Assembly (NCBI GenBank): GCA_043228905.1
Contig: JBHGNT010000006.1
Coordinates: 2,418,001-2,482,000 of the forward strand
DNA from: Azolla caroliniana
Taxonomy: Eukaryota; Plantae; Polypodiophyta
Direction of reading: 5' to 3'
Length of the DNA: 64,000 bases
The notes beneath the pieces were generated by a model, which was not told where the DNA came from, ran no database searches, and was given only the letters and a program-made list of their open reading frames with translations. The position numbers were made by a program, and so were the translations under genes. Below are positions 62,226 through 64,000 of the stretch, one piece after another; position 1 is the stretch's first letter, and each line of letters begins with the position of its first letter.

Positions 62226-64000
62226 CCATGTAATGAGGGGTGGCGGAAATGCCTCGAGCACCTCGAGCCATATGGGCAATAGGTGCTATGATTGCCAAAG
62301 TAACTTGCACCACACTCCTGAGAAAGAAAGCCATTGTTGATAGGCCTTTCGTTCGCGATAGTAAAACTACACTTTTTATTAGAATCCCATCTACAATGGC
62401 GGAATGGAGCTTGCTCCCCACCACCCACGCATTCTACTTAATTTTTGCCACTTGTTTATCCTATGACATAAACTAGCAAAATTATCCATTAGCCATATTT
62501 AGCAAGACGTATTCATATTATGTGTATTGCTTTATTTTAAAGCTATATTCCTCATGGACAAGAAGTTGTTACAAATGTGGGTTCGGCTTTCACAATGGGT
62601 TGGCGTTGTAGTTGGCAATTTTACTTGGAACTTATTGTTTGAACTTTGAAGTTTCAAAGTTTCATTAGTGGATCGGTTAGAGTACATATAATCACTTGAC
62701 CTAGTGGCCATGACTTATCTATATAATGGAACTTATCTTTTCAATTCTACTTGGACTATCCCTCATATTGATGTTATAATTGTCATTTTAATCATAGTTC
62801 CTTGAAGAAGGCCCTTTGCAATTACAACCTTCGTGTTTTATCCAAAGCATGGTCATAGCTATATAAAATTGCATTCTTGGTAGCGTTTGAATCCTTACTT
62901 AACATTTGGATATTTGGATAAACTTTGCATCTTTGAGTTGATAACCTTGCAAGAAATAGCGGCGCGAGGGATCACATAACCTAGCATGATTTTCATAACG
63001 TAATTGAGTTGCGAGTGGTGTCAACCAACATAGCATATGGTACAATCAAAATCACAATAAATGCTCACTTTTCAAATTAATGTGTTATATTTATATGGAC
63101 CTTTATTGTTTTGTTAATGTATTAATAGTGATTGACTTGTTATACACTATTCTATTTACTACATATGGGAAGATCTAGCATATCTGAATTACGTAACAAC
63201 TATGCGCGAATAGGTATTGTAAAAGTGTATTCCAAATAAAATAGGAAGTGACATATGCATTGTAGCATGAGAAAATGTTGACAAGTTTTGGTGGTTCTTA
63301 AAAATTTGTACAACCTCTTTGCAATGTAATATTTGATGATACTTCCCCATCCCACTCAATCTAATTTGAACGCTAAAATACTAGAGAAATATATTTTCAA
63401 AGTCTTATTGGTATCATTACATACATGCATGATTTCTTATGTAATAAGTCTTGTGATGTCCATTTTGTAGTACTTTGAATATTGCATCACATATGGACAT
63501 GATGAAGTGTTCCATTTTCAAGTCGTAGCATGGGGGAAACTTACATATTCAAACATATAAAACTTCATACATTAATAAGACCACGAAACAAACACTATAC
63601 TCACATGAAAACATAGATTGAGCTTACATATTCCACGTAGTTTATATGATTATAAGAGCATATATGATTATACAAACCCATTGATTAACACAAACATTAC
63701 ACATAAACTCATACGCTACCTTATGTGGATGAGCCCATTAATTGACATGCACACTTCATTGCAAGAGTATAGAACGCCCTTCAACATACACTACAATGCA
63801 TTTATACACGAACATTGATCGAATCCATCATACATGCACACAACCCAAACGAGCATACTTATAACTACACACACACCATTTACATGACATGAATGTGAGA
63901 AGTCATTTAACTATACATATTATAGAACACACAAAAGTGAAGGCTTGATTTAGTAAAGAATAGTAAAGAATAAGACAGAAATGGTATCATAAGGTAAATT

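Noticed and set aside
62225-63000. Possible decayed transposase
   Set aside because: No diagnostic motif could be read in any frame.

Overview
AT-rich, transposon-dense plant nuclear DNA. The element and gene style suggests a seed-free vascular plant such as a fern, but that is inference. The backbone is a tandem array of at least six copies of a secreted double-DUF26 (Gnk2-like) gene with a Pro-rich stalk and a spliced C-terminal membrane-anchor exon. Two copies are intact (33661-34928 and 50340-51582, GPI-signal-like tail). Four are relics (9415, 12784-19402, 22313, 47940), and the 12784-19402 relic instead has a true TM helix plus cytoplasmic tail (PDLP-like). Many elements interrupt the array: two full-length Copia elements with LTRs, PBS and TSDs; several Copia fragments; two L1-like LINEs abutting (GA)n tracts; a TRIM-like element with a tRNA-Ala PBS and 4-bp TSD; a poly(A) retro-insertion; and satellites. 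At 22346-29358 a head-to-head (palindromic) LTR structure holds three nested non-LTR insertions, including a SINE with two inverted tRNA-like heads. The right end carries two minus-strand host genes: a 5-exon C2-domain YPP-rich protein and a 3-exon oil-body-associated protein (OBAP/DUF1264) with ABRE and RY motifs upstream. Exon structures were derived by hand from splice signals and frame, not from transcripts.
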